A DNA stretch of 57,932 nucleotides from Octopus bimaculoides (GCF_001194135.2 NC_068992.1:60601126-60659057), one strand, 5' to 3'. Positions 25,661 through 39,544 are shown, counted from the stretch's first letter. Numbers and translations are program-made. The notes: a model not told the origin generated them from the letters alone.

Positions 25661-26053
25661 ATTCCCCTTTGTTTTTCTCTTCAAAATATTGCTCCAATAT
25701 CTTTATCACATAAGAATTTCACTCTCTTTCTTTCTATCTATTGTATTCTATCTATCATTCACTCACTTTCTATAATTCCGTTATTTTACAGCTCTAATCA
25801 ATAACATGAACAACAATATACAATTCAGAATGGAATATATTCAAAATCAAATATTTTTCCGGATATTTTAATCATTAAAAAAAGACAGAAACATCGAAAC
25901 CGACATGGGCTACAAACGTCAGACTCAAAACAATACGTATTATTTACTTCTTGCCATCCAAAACAGACAAATACAATATACTGTTTTGACAAGTAACAAC
26001 AATATGCTCCGCAGTTTCGAATCTTTATACTCGGAATAAATGGCTCTAATAAC

Positions 26054-26241
26054 GATATCAAATTTTGGTACAAGGCCAGAAAGTTTGGGGGAGGGAGTAA
26101 GTGGATTACATCGACCCCAGGGTTCAAATGGTACTCATTTTGTCGAATCCCGAAAGGGTGAAAGGCAATGTCAACCCCGGTAGAATTTTACCTCAAAACG
26201 TAAAGATGGTGTGCTAACGATTCAACCAAGTTACCATCTTA
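26054..26241 (-). mobile_element. SINE family A
   Basis: CAAATTTTGGTACAAGGCCAG...GGGGGAGG...ACATCGACCCCAG...GCTAACGATTC. Confidence 0.8.
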
Positions 26242-26932
26242 AAAGTCTCTAGTAATGACATCGAATACTGCTTGTAAGTCGGAACGTGTCAGAGCAATAA
26301 GCAGTTAAAAACTACGAAGGACAAAAACAAACCAGGGCCGCCTGAGAGTTTTTCTTGATATTCCTTATCATTTAGGTTCTGGTAGGTTTGCCGAGATTTC
26401 AATCAAGTTTGGTTCCGTAAAAAGGAACGTTAAATTACAAGACTTAAAATTTTGCTACAAATAATTTTGTACCTGAATTAAGTGTAAAGAATTTTACGAA
26501 TAAATGCTTTCGGTAGACGCGTTGTAATTGTTATCGATATTGTTGATTTGATCTGAACTTCCATTGTAATAACTTCCTATAAAAACAAGTTAGAGGAATG
26601 TGGCTATAAATTTAATGCATGAATGATTATTAATAAGAGGGCTATTAAACAAAATAGCGTGATTTATTTATTGCCATATGTCAATATATTTCATAGCTTA
26701 CGAAAATCATGTCGGAAATAATTGCCGCCATCACCATCATGATCATCATCGTCGTCGTTGTCGTTATCATTACTACTACTACTACTACTGCTAAAAACAA
26801 CAACCAAGTCAGACAACAGATGACGCGTGTTTTGTCGTCCTGGATACACAACGTTCCACGAAAATATTGGATAGCCACAGAACGCTTTTCTTTTCGTACT
26901 GCGATCTTGAAAACATAAGGGCACATTGCAAG

Positions 26933-27483
26933 CAGGGCCTGATCTATCTATGGGCCAGTTTGGGCCATGGCCAAGAGGCCCCCAATTTCGTGAGAGACCA
27001 GGCATCGAGAAACCTTTAAAATATTTTACTTTATTTTGATCTCGGTTATTGCTCTCTATTATCGTTTATATCTTATAAAGACTAATTTTAGTTTGTCCTT
27101 AAAATATTTATATCTTGCATTTCATAAATTTATTTATATTCTGTTAGTTTCTATGTGCAATATTGTATGATCGCTTTTATTTGTTTCTTAGTTGTTGATA
27201 CTTTTGAAATAAGTTTTATCTTATTTAGCCTTAAATTGAACTAAATTTAGTTTTGTTAACCAACGATAATCAAACCAAAGGAAAATGAATATGTCATGTT
27301 TCAATTTAATTGTGTGACAGTCTTTGTTATTTTGGCTGCACCAGCCAAGTTTATTAGTTTTGACATTCATAATAATATGATTGACTTTAGACATTTAAAC
27401 AGTTGAAAATTGCATAAGCAAAATCGGATGGTCTCCAAAAGATGTTTTGGCCCAGGACCTCATTAGATCTAATACCGACTCTG
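26933..27483. mobile_element. Probable hAT-type non-autonomous element (MITE)
   Basis: The left end is CAGGGCCTGATCT with GGGCC-rich subterminal motifs. The reverse complement of the right end is CAGAGTCGGTATTAGATCT...GGTCCTGGGCC. The 8-bp flanks ATTGCAAG and ATTGTAGT match at 5/8, a possible decayed TSD. Confidence 0.5.
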
Positions 27484-28712
27484 ATTGTAGTCCTAGATAT
27501 ACTGCTCCTTCCTTTCGACTGAATACATTAAAGGAATCAGCGCTGGCTTATTTTTAGTCACTCAGTTGCTGCCGTAATTTTTACATATACCAGTTTAAAG
27601 TGTACCCGTAAATTATTCTACTAAATATAATCCAATTTCAACCTCTGTGAGCCAACGATAGAGCCTCTATGTTGTTGATACCCTGGGGAAAATATTGGAA
27701 TCAAACGTAAATAAAACTCGATTCTATAAATTAAAAGGAACGCATTGAATAAGTTAGCCCAAGATAGATTGGCACGATGTGGTTGAATGTAAGTGAAAGA
27801 CATCATAGTGGGAAGCCCTTTCTGATAGGTCTATTTAATCAAATACTTTCTGGTGCTAAACAATTATTACCACAAGAAAAACAGTAACTTTTAACCCTCC
27901 TCTCTATAAGTAAATATTCACTCGTGCCCAGCCAAATTATATTAATATATTGTGTAGAGTGTGATGCAGGAAAATTAAAGTTGTTTTCGATCCAAAACTA
28001 GAACTGCGAAAAATATGAGCCATACAATAAGAGCTACTGACCCTGAATCTAACACAGGAATCAAATATGATATAAAATTATTGAATGGAATTAAGTCTCT
28101 GAGGAATGTATCCTTCGATGTTATGATATCAAAATTAAAGTATTGCACACTTGGAATAAATTCTCGTATATTCATAACTAATGCAATTAAAACCAGTTCA
28201 AAAGGAGACATATATCTTGGTCTGGATAATAAAGAATCGATTTTGGAATTACCAATAGAATGATTCTTAAAACGTTCAATGATACCGACTCAAACACACA
28301 CACACACACACACACATACACACACACACACAAGCACAGACACATGCGCGTATACACACGAAAGCACACACACATGCACACATTTATATATACATTTATA
28401 TATATATATGTGTGTAACTTACAAACCTATTTAAACTATCTGCTTTTATATAATATTACCTCGTATAAAGAGACATGCACGTAATAAACCAAAATATTGG
28501 GACGTAGCGCATGGTCTCACACAAAAGCTGAGATTTATTGCACCTGTATACACATGTATATAATTAAGCATAAATGTCTGAACGTATATTTATATATATA
28601 TATGTATACGTACATATACACATACATATATTTACGTGTCTCTATATATTATATATACATGTATATATGCATATATATAAACATATATTTACAGTATATT
28701 ACATTTGTAGGA

Positions 28713-28763
<51 letters not shown>

Positions 28764-28885
28764 CATACGTGTGTCTCAGTGTGTGTTCAGAAGCACACAT
28801 GTATCTATATGTATACACAAATACACACACTCACGCGAGCACACACACACACACACACACACATACACAATACGTAAATGTGTAT

Positions 28886-28965
<80 letters not shown>

Positions 28966-29539
28966 GTGTAGGGCCATATGGTTGTAGCTCTATCTTGCAT
29001 ATTTTTCTGCTTCGTTACTCTTGTCAATAATGACCTTTCAAGAGATCGATGTTTCTAATATTTAATGGCTGTAAAAATATAAAAAAATATTTATATTTAT
29101 CATATTTTGTCAATTATTTACTTTGATCGTTCAACCAGAACGATATACGGCAATGATTTTCATAGTTCTTTGCAAGATATTATTTTACATTTTTTAATAT
29201 TTTTTGCATTATTTTGTTAGTGATGGCAGATATTCTGAGACTTTTATTTGGTTGAGAATCTACATTGATGGTTTGCCATTTTCTGGAATATATATTCTAT
29301 TAGTTATCGTGGTTTATTTATTTATTTACTTGTCTTTTAGTCTAAACATTAAGACAGTGGCCATGGCACTTTACAAGGCTCTTGAGATTGATGAGAGATG
29401 GTGTAGAAGTTTTCCTCAAACGAAGGTTCTAATTCGAATGCTTTCGACTGAATGAAATCCGTTTAGTGGTACTTCAGGGCCAAGTGGTGGTGTTAAAACG
29501 AACGATACACAAAAGTCTACCACTTAATATACCCACCAC

Positions 29540-29770
29540 AGTAGCATTTGAACTCGGAAAATAAAAACCGGAATAAATTATACACGGCATCTCCAAGTCT
29601 CAAACTTTTCTGCCAGTCCATCACCTTGAAGTGGTAATTTATTTATCTATCCCAGAAAGGATGAAAATCAATATTGAGTTCAATGAGATTTGGACTCAGT
29701 AATCAATTGTCCCAATAAATATAAGAAGTCAATTCGTCTGACACTCTAAAGATTCGACGAATTCGCCAGC
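29540..29770 (-). mobile_element. SINE family A remnants
   Basis: ATTTGAACTC, CCCAGAAAGGATGAAAATCAA and GAGATTTGGACTCAG motifs. Confidence 0.5.
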
Positions 29771-30088
29771 GATACTGTTGTAACGATGTTGTTGTTTTTG
29801 TGGTTGGCTAGCGTTGTCAGTTTTGATTGAGTAGACTTAAGATCATATGTATTTCAGTTGGCACTTTCGGCGTTTGAAAGACTGTATTGATTTAAAATGT
29901 TCGCACTGTTTTAAACTCGATGAATCTAATCAAATGTTGCATATAGCAATTTGAAAGATTCAGCTGCGATTTCTGTATTGCGACCTGGCTACCGTTTGGT
30001 TTAACATAATGAGTATCTTTTTTCTCTTGAATATATACGTATACATATATATGTAGACATAGATACATATATATACATATATATGCAT

Positions 30089-30136
<48 letters not shown>

Positions 30137-30965
30137 NNNNNNNNNNNNNNNNNNNNNNNNNNNNNNNNNNNNNNNNNNNNNNNNNNNNNNNNNNNNNNNN
30201 NNNNNNNNNNNNNNNNNNNNNNNNNNNNNNNNNNNNNNNNNNNNNNNNNNNNNNNNNNNNNNNNNNNNNNNNNNNNNNNNNNNNNNNNNNNNNNNNNNNN
30301 NNNNNNNNNNNNNNNNNNNNNNNNNNNNNNNNNNNNNNNNNNNNNNNNNNNNNNNNNNNNNNNNNNNNNNNNNNNNNNNNNNNNNNNNNNNNNNNNNNNN
30401 NNNNNNNNNNNNNNNNNNNNNNNNNNNNNNNNNNNNNNNNNNNNNNNNNNNNNNNNNNNNNNNNNNNNNNNNNNNNNNNNNNNNNNNNNNNNNNNNNNNN
30501 NNNNNNNNNNNNNNNNNNNNNNNNNNNNNNNNNNNNNNNNNNNNNNNNNNNNNNNNNNNNNNNNNNNNNNNNNNNNNNNNNNNNNNNNNNNNNNNNNNNN
30601 NNNNNNNNNNNNNNNNNNNNNNNNNNNNNNNNNNNNNNNNNNNNNNNNNNNNNNNNNNNNNNNNNNNNNNNNNNNNNNNNNNNNNNNNNNNNNNNNNNNN
30701 NNNNNNNNNNNNNNNNNNNNNNNNNNNNNNNNNNNNNNNNNNNNNNNNNNNNNNNNNNNNNNNNNNNNNNNNNNNNNNNNNNNNNNNNNNNNNNNNNNNN
30801 NNNNNNNNNNNNNNNNNNNNNNNNNNNNNNNNNNNNNNNNNNNNNNNNNNNNNNNNNNNNNNNNNNNNNNNNNNNNNNNTATGTATATATAGAGAGATAG
30901 ATAGATAGATACATACATACATACATACATACATACATACAGGAGTTATTTATAAATATATGCGT

Positions 30966-31001
<36 letters not shown>

Positions 31002-31447
31002 GGCGTCTGTATACATATGTATGTATATATAGGCATATCTATGCGAGTGTGTGTTTTATCATCGTCTGGATTTCAATTACTGCTAGATGCAAAAGCTAGA
31101 TCTCAACAAACTAATTGTCACACAATTCCTTGTCTAGTGCTCTTGTAACGTACAGAACGACACAGCAGGTGTTGTAAACAGTGTATAACTACATCCATTG
31201 ACGTCACTACAGATAAAATAAATATATCAAGCAACATTTTCTTTCACTCTGCAGCATTGTTAAACATTAAATGTCAATTCAATTTTCGTTTGTGTCACCT
31301 GTTCATTTAAAGTAATGGAAGTGTGCGCATAAATTACTCGCGCATATCGTGCATTGGAAGTATATAGTAGCAAACGAGTAGATGCATAAATAGGTACACA
31401 TAACGATATATACATATAGATATGCGTGTATGTATATATATGTGTGT

Positions 31448-31496
<49 letters not shown>

Positions 31497-31585
31497 CATA
31501 TATAATTTTATATAAGCGTATATGAATACAAATACATATGTACTTATATATATATATATATATATATAAATGTATATACGTATAT

Positions 31586-31748
31586 ATTACTTTTCTTTTC
31601 GGTCATTGGACTGCGGTCATACTAGCGCCCGCCCACCAGTATGTATTTTTATCGGTGCTTATAGGGCCGAGATGTAACGGCGTAACAAATCAAGACCAGT
31701 CGTTAAGCTGTTGGTGGGACAGTCACAAGCATAAAGATACACACACAC
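31586..31748 (-). mobile_element. SINE family B 3' half running into (CA)n and a gap
   Basis: GTCATTGGACTGCGGTCATACTAG corresponds to the reverse complement of CCAGCATGGCC(A/G)CAGTCAAA.GAC. Confidence 0.65.
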
Positions 31749-32220
31749 NNNNNNNNNNNNNNNNNNNNNNNNNNNNNNNNNNNNNNNNNNNNNNNNNNNN
31801 NNNNNNNNNNNNNNNNNNNNNNNNNNNNNNNNNNNNNNNNNNNNNNNNNNNNNNNNNNNNNNNNNNNNNNNNNNNNNNNNNNNNNNNNNNNNNNNNNNNN
31901 NNNNNNNNNNNNNNNNNNNNNNNNNNNNNNNNNNNNNNNNNNNNNNNNNNNNNNNNNNNNNNNNNNNNNNNNNNNNNNNNNNNNNNNNNNNNNNNNNNNN
32001 NNNNNNNNNNNNNNNNNNNNNNNNNNNNNNNNNNNNNNNNNNNNNNNNNNNNNNNNNNNNNNNNNNNNNNNNNNNNNNNNNNNNNNNNNNNNNNNNNNNN
32101 NNNNNNNNNNNNNNNNNNNNNNNNNNNNNNNNNNNNNNNNNNNNNNNNNNNNNNNNNNNNNNNNNNNNNNNNNNNNNNNNNNNNNNNNNNNNNNNNNNNN
32201 NNNNNNNNNNNNNNTATATA

Positions 32221-32252
<32 letters not shown>

Positions 32253-32575
32253 AAGGAGGCCACTAGGTGGACTGGTAATGTGCTAGAAGAAGATCACATG
32301 TCATGTATCTACTAAGACCGAATAATTCTCAAAGGGGATTTAGCGAAGCAACAAAAACGTAAATCGGGCAAGACCAGTGAAAATTCTACAAAAAAATACA
32401 ATTATCTGTAAACATATGTTTCGAAATCAATATTTACTTACCAAACATATTTGTTTCTCATCAGTAGAGACCGTCGGATAGATACAATTTAGAGAATCGC
32501 ACACTAAGTTGTACTCCACAAGGAACGCACGTTTGTGCGGTTCTAAACAATTATACACTCTGGCAAGTATTAGAT

Positions 32576-32871
32576 TTGGTAACTCCATTGGTTACGACAA
32601 CGAGGGTTCCAGTTGAGACGATCCACGGAACAGCCGGCTCGTGAATTAACGTGTCAATGGCTGACTTAAATCTCAGAGGAATTCATTCAATATGACTGTC
32701 ACAAGGCTGGCCCTTTGGATTAACGATACAACTTATTTTGGGCAGCTGAGTGGATTGGAACAACGTGAAATAAAGCGTCTTGCTGAGGGACACAACGCAC
32801 TGCCGGGAATTGAACTCAAGATCATAAGATTGTGAGCTGAAAACTCTAACTGCTGAACATGCGCCTTCACA
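32576..32871 (-). mobile_element. SINE family C (tRNA-derived), full length
   Basis: Reverse complement of the 50456 copy along its length. B-box-like GAGTTCAATTCCCGG. Confidence 0.82.
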
Positions 32872-32923
32872 AATTAGATAAGATACCAGGTGTAAGCATT
32901 ATCATTACAACACCTTCGGTGTT

Positions 32924-32981
<58 letters not shown>

Positions 32982-33059
32982 NNNNNNNNNNNNNNNNNNN
33001 NNNNNNNNNNNNNNNNNNNNNNNNNNNNNNNNNNNNNNNNNNNNNNNNNNNNNNNNNNN

Positions 33060-33093
<34 letters not shown>

Positions 33094-33686
33094 CTATCTA
33101 CCTATAGTTAGATAGATATTTTTGTCTTTCTAGCTTGCTTTTTATCTACGTATCTTTCGCTTATCTCCTGTTTTAGTCATTAAACTGTGGTTATCATATA
33201 AAGACACTGTTTTGACGGGGTTAGTCAAACACACACACATACACACACAGCCACACACACATATATATATAAACATACATATATACAATTTATATATAAA
33301 TATGTGTGCGTGTATGTGTATAAAGATAAATTAAATATAGAGAAACTATTAATAATCCAATAATTTATTTATATTATGATACTATATTATAATATTACAT
33401 AATATTATATGAATATAACAGAATATTAGATAACATAAACAATTATTAAAAAAAACCAAAAAGGCCAAATAATTGTTTCGACTTATATACATTTCTGATC
33501 TACATACACAATAACAGTTACCTTGTATATAAGCCACTTCAGGGTCATGGTTTAAAGATACACGAAATTCCGTGTGAAAAACGGCTGGATTGTACCAATA
33601 TTCATATGGTATTCAAATGACGTACTAGTGAATTCGATGTTTAACACGCCCTTTGAAGAATTTCTTTTCCTCAGTATGTTACTTTA

Positions 33687-33720
<34 letters not shown>

Positions 33721-34499
33721 ACTTTTTTAAGCGAAGTGTTTCAACTTATTACATTGCATCTATGAAATCCTGCCTACAGTATCTGTATTTCGTAGACAGA
33801 ACGCTTTCCCAGGGTATTTTCTCTCCACCATACTGTTATGCTCAGGATGATGGGCTAAGATTCGGTGACGTAGGATTGAACCTGAAATTACGTAATTGCC
33901 AAGGGAACAACTTAACCAAATAGTCATGCGTGCGCCAATGTGTTTGGGAAATTCTGGCTAATAATAGCGCGTTAAAATGTCCAACCTGTTGAATTAGGTG
34001 TTTAGAACCATTCTAATAGATAAACAAAACTAACTGGAAACAAGTCTTATTTGTAGAATTCAACTTTAAGAGGAACAAATATAGCCATGAACCACTGAAA
34101 GAGACTGGACGTTTCATATTCACAAAACACACTCGAACGGTTAGCTGGTAACAACACGCTTCTTTGAACTGTTGAATCATTTTCTGTCTTAGCTTGATAA
34201 GGGGGATTTTCCTCAAAATGTTGCATGCATCCAACAACTTATGTAAGGCAATTCAGGACGATTTTTCGTCTTCCTCCGATATATATATTGTATTTTTAAC
34301 AGCACATCTACAAAACGTTCGACAAAAGCCGCAGCATCTTGCTTGTCAACGGGTGTGTCATAATATTAAGTATATTAGGTATGCTACTTAGATGATTATT
34401 TTGATTCAATGCTGCTTCAATAGCTTAGATCGGATTTTTATTCAGTCTAGCGGGTATTTAGTGAATGCATTATTCAATTTCCTATATATCCGAACCAGC

Positions 34500-34600
34500 G
34501 AATCACACCTAGTCTGCGTGTGCACGCCAATGACAAAGCCGGAATGCTTCTGACGTTCTCACGAGCCTCTTCCGGGACTACTTTTCGTCTCCTTTCGATA
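34500..34600. promoter_or_regulatory. Candidate CpG-rich regulatory motif cluster
   Basis: CCAAT at 34527, CCGGAA at 34539, TGACGT at 34551, TCTCACGAG at 34557, CTTCCGG at 34569 and GGGACTAC at 34574, all within about 55 bp of non-repeat sequence. No linked exon was found. Confidence 0.3.
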
Positions 34601-35462
34601 TATCTTAACTATCGACGTTCTGTATAAAGTTATGTTTCTTCTGTTGCTTTTATTTATTGACATCAACATACGTATCTTGCTTAACTTCTCACCTGCATTC
34701 CTCAAATGTTTATCTTTTAAATTCTTAAGTAGTTATATCATACTGTATTCTGGAAACAGTGCTTATGAATTATTTCCAAAATAATTAGTTCCTGGTGGTG
34801 AAGTCCATATGCTATAAAAACAAACTACTTTACCTTAAAGAACAGTTGCCACCACATGATCGCTAGACCTGCTAGAAATAACTGCCAATTCCACTTTAAA
34901 CGACGCTCTAGTATGTGAATATAGAAAGCAAAATCTGTATAATTCTTAAATAAGGATACTATCGACCTGCAATATGGGATGGCTTTGTTTGAAATGCCTT
35001 TAATCACGTGTTTTTTCTCGACCAGTGTTGAAGTAGGTAAGATTAATAACAACAACGACGCTAATAACAACAACTGTATAGAGTACAAACGAACGAAGAC
35101 GACTTGGAGTGTCAGTCAACTCTTGACCAGGCGATTCTCCATGAAACAACCTCAGCGTTTGCCATCTGGATACAGAACTGATAACAGGGAGATAAATTGG
35201 TTAATGTACTCTGATAGACGTGCAGAAAGAGTGGATGGTCACGGTCATGAACGTTTTGATCACAGCTCTTTTGAAACAGAATTGGTCTGTGGAAAAACAA
35301 CATAAAGGTACTACCAGCTATTACTCGTGTACCGTTTTGTGAAATGTCTTCTGTTGCAATTATTCGGATGCAAATCTGGTCTCAAGACACCCACCTCTCA
35401 TTTAGTCTCAGAGACCTCGAAATGGTCGTCGCCGCTATCATTTTTTGCTCTGGTTAAATAAT

Positions 35463-35671
35463 GTCTTCAAATTTTGGCACAAGTCCAGCTATTTTAAGCA
35501 GAGGAGGTAAATATATTACATTGACCCCAGTGCTCAAACATTGTCTTTTTTATTAACCCTGAAAGAATGAAATGCACGCTCGACCTTCGCAGCATTTCTA
35601 CTTAGAACATGAAGTCAAAAGAAACGCCGCTAAACATTTTGTTTGACAAAGGTTCCGTTATCCTGCCGCCT
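35463..35671 (-). mobile_element. SINE family A
   Basis: CAAATTTTGGCACAAG...GACCCCAGTGCTCAA...GAAACGCCGCTAAACATTTTG...GCCGCCT. Confidence 0.78.
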
Positions 35672-36429
35672 CAATATACCAGCCCGCTAGGAATTAATGC
35701 AACTACTTTATAATTCATATATATGTCGTTAGTATGTTTATGCAAGTTCAATATTCTCAACTTCACTGAGGTAGGCGATGGAGCAAACAATTTTGTAGTC
35801 CCCTTAAGAAATAAAGCAAAACGTGGGCAAAAACAATTGGTAAAATGCCGTATTTTGAGAGAAACCGAAATGAAATTTATACCATCTTACTTCAAAGATT
35901 GATGAGTTTCACTGAAGAGAAAGCTTTCCGTCAGACATAAAGGACAACTACTTAAGTACTTCTTATATATATTACCGAATGATTTATTGTCTACATTTGG
36001 CAAATATCAACGGGATTATTCCATGGAATATTCTTAACATAATACCAAGCTTTTTAAAATGCCATTTATATTATCTCCCGTAAAATAGTTACTCCAAGAT
36101 CAATTGCCTCGCTTTTTTTCCTTCGTCTATCTTCATATTTTTTTATCACAGGTTTCATAGTAGCGACTAACGCCAGTTGAAATATTAGAGGGCGGGGAGG
36201 TGGCTGCAGTTTGCCAGGTGTTTTATGCGATTGTCAGATTTGCCAGCCACTTAATCATCATATGGAAACTGACACATGCAATGACAAAATTATAGTTAAG
36301 ATACAAGATTGAGGATAGTGGCCTTGTCCCCACCGCCACTGATGTACCGAGAACACTGACGATGAACGGGATGTGTGGCATGTTAGCCGTCGTGCGTGAC
36401 GCATGTACAAGTTGTAGAACATAAGTGAT

Positions 36430-36860
36430 GACGATCATGATCATGAGAATCCTCATGTGATAGTGATAATGAAGATGATGATAAGGAGGAGGAGGTTGGT
36501 GTGTAGGTGAGGAAATGATGATAGTGATGATGAATTCGAAGATGACGACGACAACGACGAGTACGGCGACGGCAGCAATGATGACGATGACGACGATGGT
36601 GGGAATAAACGATGGTGATCTTGTTTGTGATTGTGTTGGCAGTGGTGGCGGGGGTGGGGCTGCTGCTACTGATGATGATGATGATGATGACGATGGCGAC
36701 AGTGACGACGACAGTGATAATGACGATGGTGGTGGTGGTGGTAATGGTGATGATGATGGCGAAGTTGATGATGATGATGATGATAATGATGATGATGATG
36801 ATGATAATGATGATGATGATGATGATGAAGATGATGATTTGGAGGAGAAGGAGGAAGACA
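36430..36860. repeat. Long degenerate (GAT)n/(GAC)n/(GGT)n trinucleotide tract
   Basis: Direct reading. It produces poly-D/M/S/I ORFs in several frames. Confidence 0.93.
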
Positions 36861-38491
36861 CTGTTGAGCACTTATATATTTAGCACTTATATATATCTTT
36901 CGTCGTTCGATCGCCTCAGTTCAAATTCTGGTGTGCTGGCAATTTACTTTCCAGCCAAATGTGGCAGTAATATAGAAGGTGTTACTTCTATTGACTATAC
37001 CACCTGCTCCTCTGCTGATCATGCTAATAAAAGTAGACTTTATTGCTAAGAGAAATATCATCGCAAAATAAGAAAATCTACTTTTTTCATCTTTATTTTA
37101 CAAAGTTATTTCTCCCCTACTGAGTCTTCTTTGATCATTAAATAGAAAGCAAAATTTAAACCAAAACGTTTTCTTTTTTTTTTCTTTTCTAAAATCTTAT
37201 TCGTAATTGAAAAGAACTTAATTGTTGAGAGCACAATTAGTTAACAATAGCCCCTGCATATCGCTCGATTTGCAATTCGGTTTGTGACAATTGTTTAAAA
37301 GATAAACCAAAGCAGTGACGCAGTAGAAGTAGTAGAGTGTCGGCTTAGAACCTGAGACCTTTGTCAGTACACAGAAATATATCTTGACGGGTTTGTAAAA
37401 TTTGTTCGAAGAGATTAATTATAACTAAATGGTGAAATTTTCTGCACAGCAGACTTGTTCTAGAAACCTTCACCTCCATGTAATAAATTCTTCTCTTTAT
37501 CTCTTTTTCTCTATCGCTTGGCTGAAAAAATATCAGGAATTCCTTTTAAACTAAAAGATTATTTTCTGTCTATCAGAAATGTCTAACTTCGTAAAATGCT
37601 TGAATTACTTTTGCTTATATTTTTTAAGCTACACCTTGCTGACGCTACCCAAAATGATGAATCGGCGCTATACATTGACGACATGAACCTAACATCTTTA
37701 CAATGTGTAAAAGAAGAAAAGTAAAATATTTAGTGTGTATACTTTGTATATCTTTATTCTTTGATGTAAAAAGTTCCACGACTATCAACGACAGATCATT
37801 TGTTAGCGTTGAAAATTAAAAAGGAATACTAAGCGTCAGTCAACTTCAAGCAAAGGAAAACGCGAGGAAGAGAGATGTGGGAGAAGAGAAAAGAAGGTGT
37901 TTCCTTATCCAAAGAAATTACCGAAGAATCATTAGAAGAAAAGAGCTATATTTCGGTTTTTCAAAGAAACGTAGGCGGTTCTATATGCACTCGAATTAAA
38001 AGTTCAAGGAAGCTCCACTCTCTGCCTGAAAGGATGTATGCGTTCTCACTAACAAAGCAGGACGTGTATGAAGTGTTCAGGATTGAAGACGAAACTAAAA
38101 GGTAAAAAGAGACGGACGGACAGACAGAATGAGAGAGAGTGAGATATAGAGATTCAGCTGCCCAACAGACTTGCTCCTAGACTGGTTTAACATTATATGG
38201 TCAGAGGCATTAATATTTACCTTGATCCTTGGTTTACCGACATTTCCATAGCACATTAAAGATAGGTATTGGTTGCAAACGCAGTGTGACATGTGGTCTG
38301 GTAGAGTCTGCATGGATTTCTAGTTCTTGATGAGCCCCAACGACCACAAGGTAATAATGAGATCGGAGAAGTCAATTTAACTGGTGGGACAAAGCAGAGA
38401 TCCCAGTTGCCATATGTGTACGAGTGGGAGGTGGAAAATAAAAGGCAATAAAATGAAAAGACAAATAGTGATTGATAGCATCAGAGTTTGG

Positions 38492-38675
38492 AATAATGAT
38501 TTAAAATTTTGGCACAAGGCCAGTAAGTTCAGGCAAGGGTGTGTCAATTAAACGATCCCAGTGCTCAACAGGTACTTATTTTACCGACCCTGAAAGGATG
38601 AAAAGTAAACCCAACTTCAGCGAAACTTGAATGTAGTGACGGACAGCATGCTAAGAATTTTGCCTACTCACCGCC
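38492..38675 (-). mobile_element. SINE family A
   Basis: AAATTTTGGCACAAGGCCAG...CCCAGTGCTCAACAGGTACTTATTTTACCGACCCTGAAAGGATGAAA. Confidence 0.8.
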
Positions 38676-38779
38676 GTAGCAAAGGTTATAATAACAATAG
38701 TCTCCTGATGGGAAGACCACAGTTTCACTTGATATTCCCTGCTGATCCTACTTTTCTGCTACTGTAACTACAACGTTCT

Positions 38780-38880
38780 TCAGTAGTACCGGTTGAGCAT
38801 TAGGGTCGATGTACTCGACTTAATAACTACTCGCCTGAAATTGTTAGCCTTGTGCAAAATTCGAAACCGATATTATTATT
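38780..38880 (+). mobile_element. SINE family A 3' half, inverted relative to the 38492 copy
   Basis: AGTACCGGTTGAGCATTAGGGTCGATGTACTCGACT...GCCTTGTGCAAAATTCGAAACC followed by (ATT)n. Confidence 0.75.
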
Positions 38881-39127
38881 GTTGATGCACGTTTTATAAC
38901 CATACATCAAGATGGAAATATTTTCAAACACTCACGATCAACATTCAGAGCAATTGCATTGATTTACAAAAGAGTTAATTAAATCATTTCGCAGGCGATG
39001 TTTAAAGAGGAAATTGACATTTGATGCAGTTGATAATAAGGAAAGGTACACATAAAGTATTTACAGAACAACAACAACAACGCATACATATTAGACATAC
39101 ACACGCACATATATTTGTGTGTATGTA

Positions 39128-39164
<37 letters not shown>

Positions 39165-39508
39165 NNNNNNNNNNNNNNNNNNNNNNNNNNNNNNNNNNNN
39201 NNNNNNNNNNNNNNNNNNNNNNNNNNNNNNNNNNNNNNNNNNNNNNNNNNNNNNNNNNNNNNNNNNNNNNNNNNNNNNNNNNNNNNNNNNNNNNNNNNNN
39301 NNNNNNNNNNNNNNNNNNNNNNNNNNNNNNNNNNNNNNNNNNNNNNNNNNNNNNNNNNNNNNNNNNNNNNNNNNNNNNNNNNNNNNNNNNNNNNNNNNNN
39401 NNNNNNNNNNNNNNNNNNNNNNNNNNNNNNNNNNNNNNNNNNNNNNNNNNNNNNNNNNNNNNNNNNNNNNNNNNNNNNNNNNNNNNNNNNNNNNNNNNNN
39501 NTGTGTGT

Positions 39509-39544
<36 letters not shown>

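Noticed and set aside
35030-35310. Possible LINE endonuclease fragment (GHGHER...ETELVCGKTT)
   Set aside because: The core GDFNA and other catalytic motifs are missing.
36223-37049. Overlapping 122-212 aa ORFs with poly-S/D/M/I
   Set aside because: A degenerate trinucleotide tract lacks stops in several frames on both strands. There is no domain signal.
37875-38105. 76-aa ORF ending at AG|GTAAAA, a possible exon
   Set aside because: No recognisable homology or acceptor site, and purine-rich composition explains the open frame.
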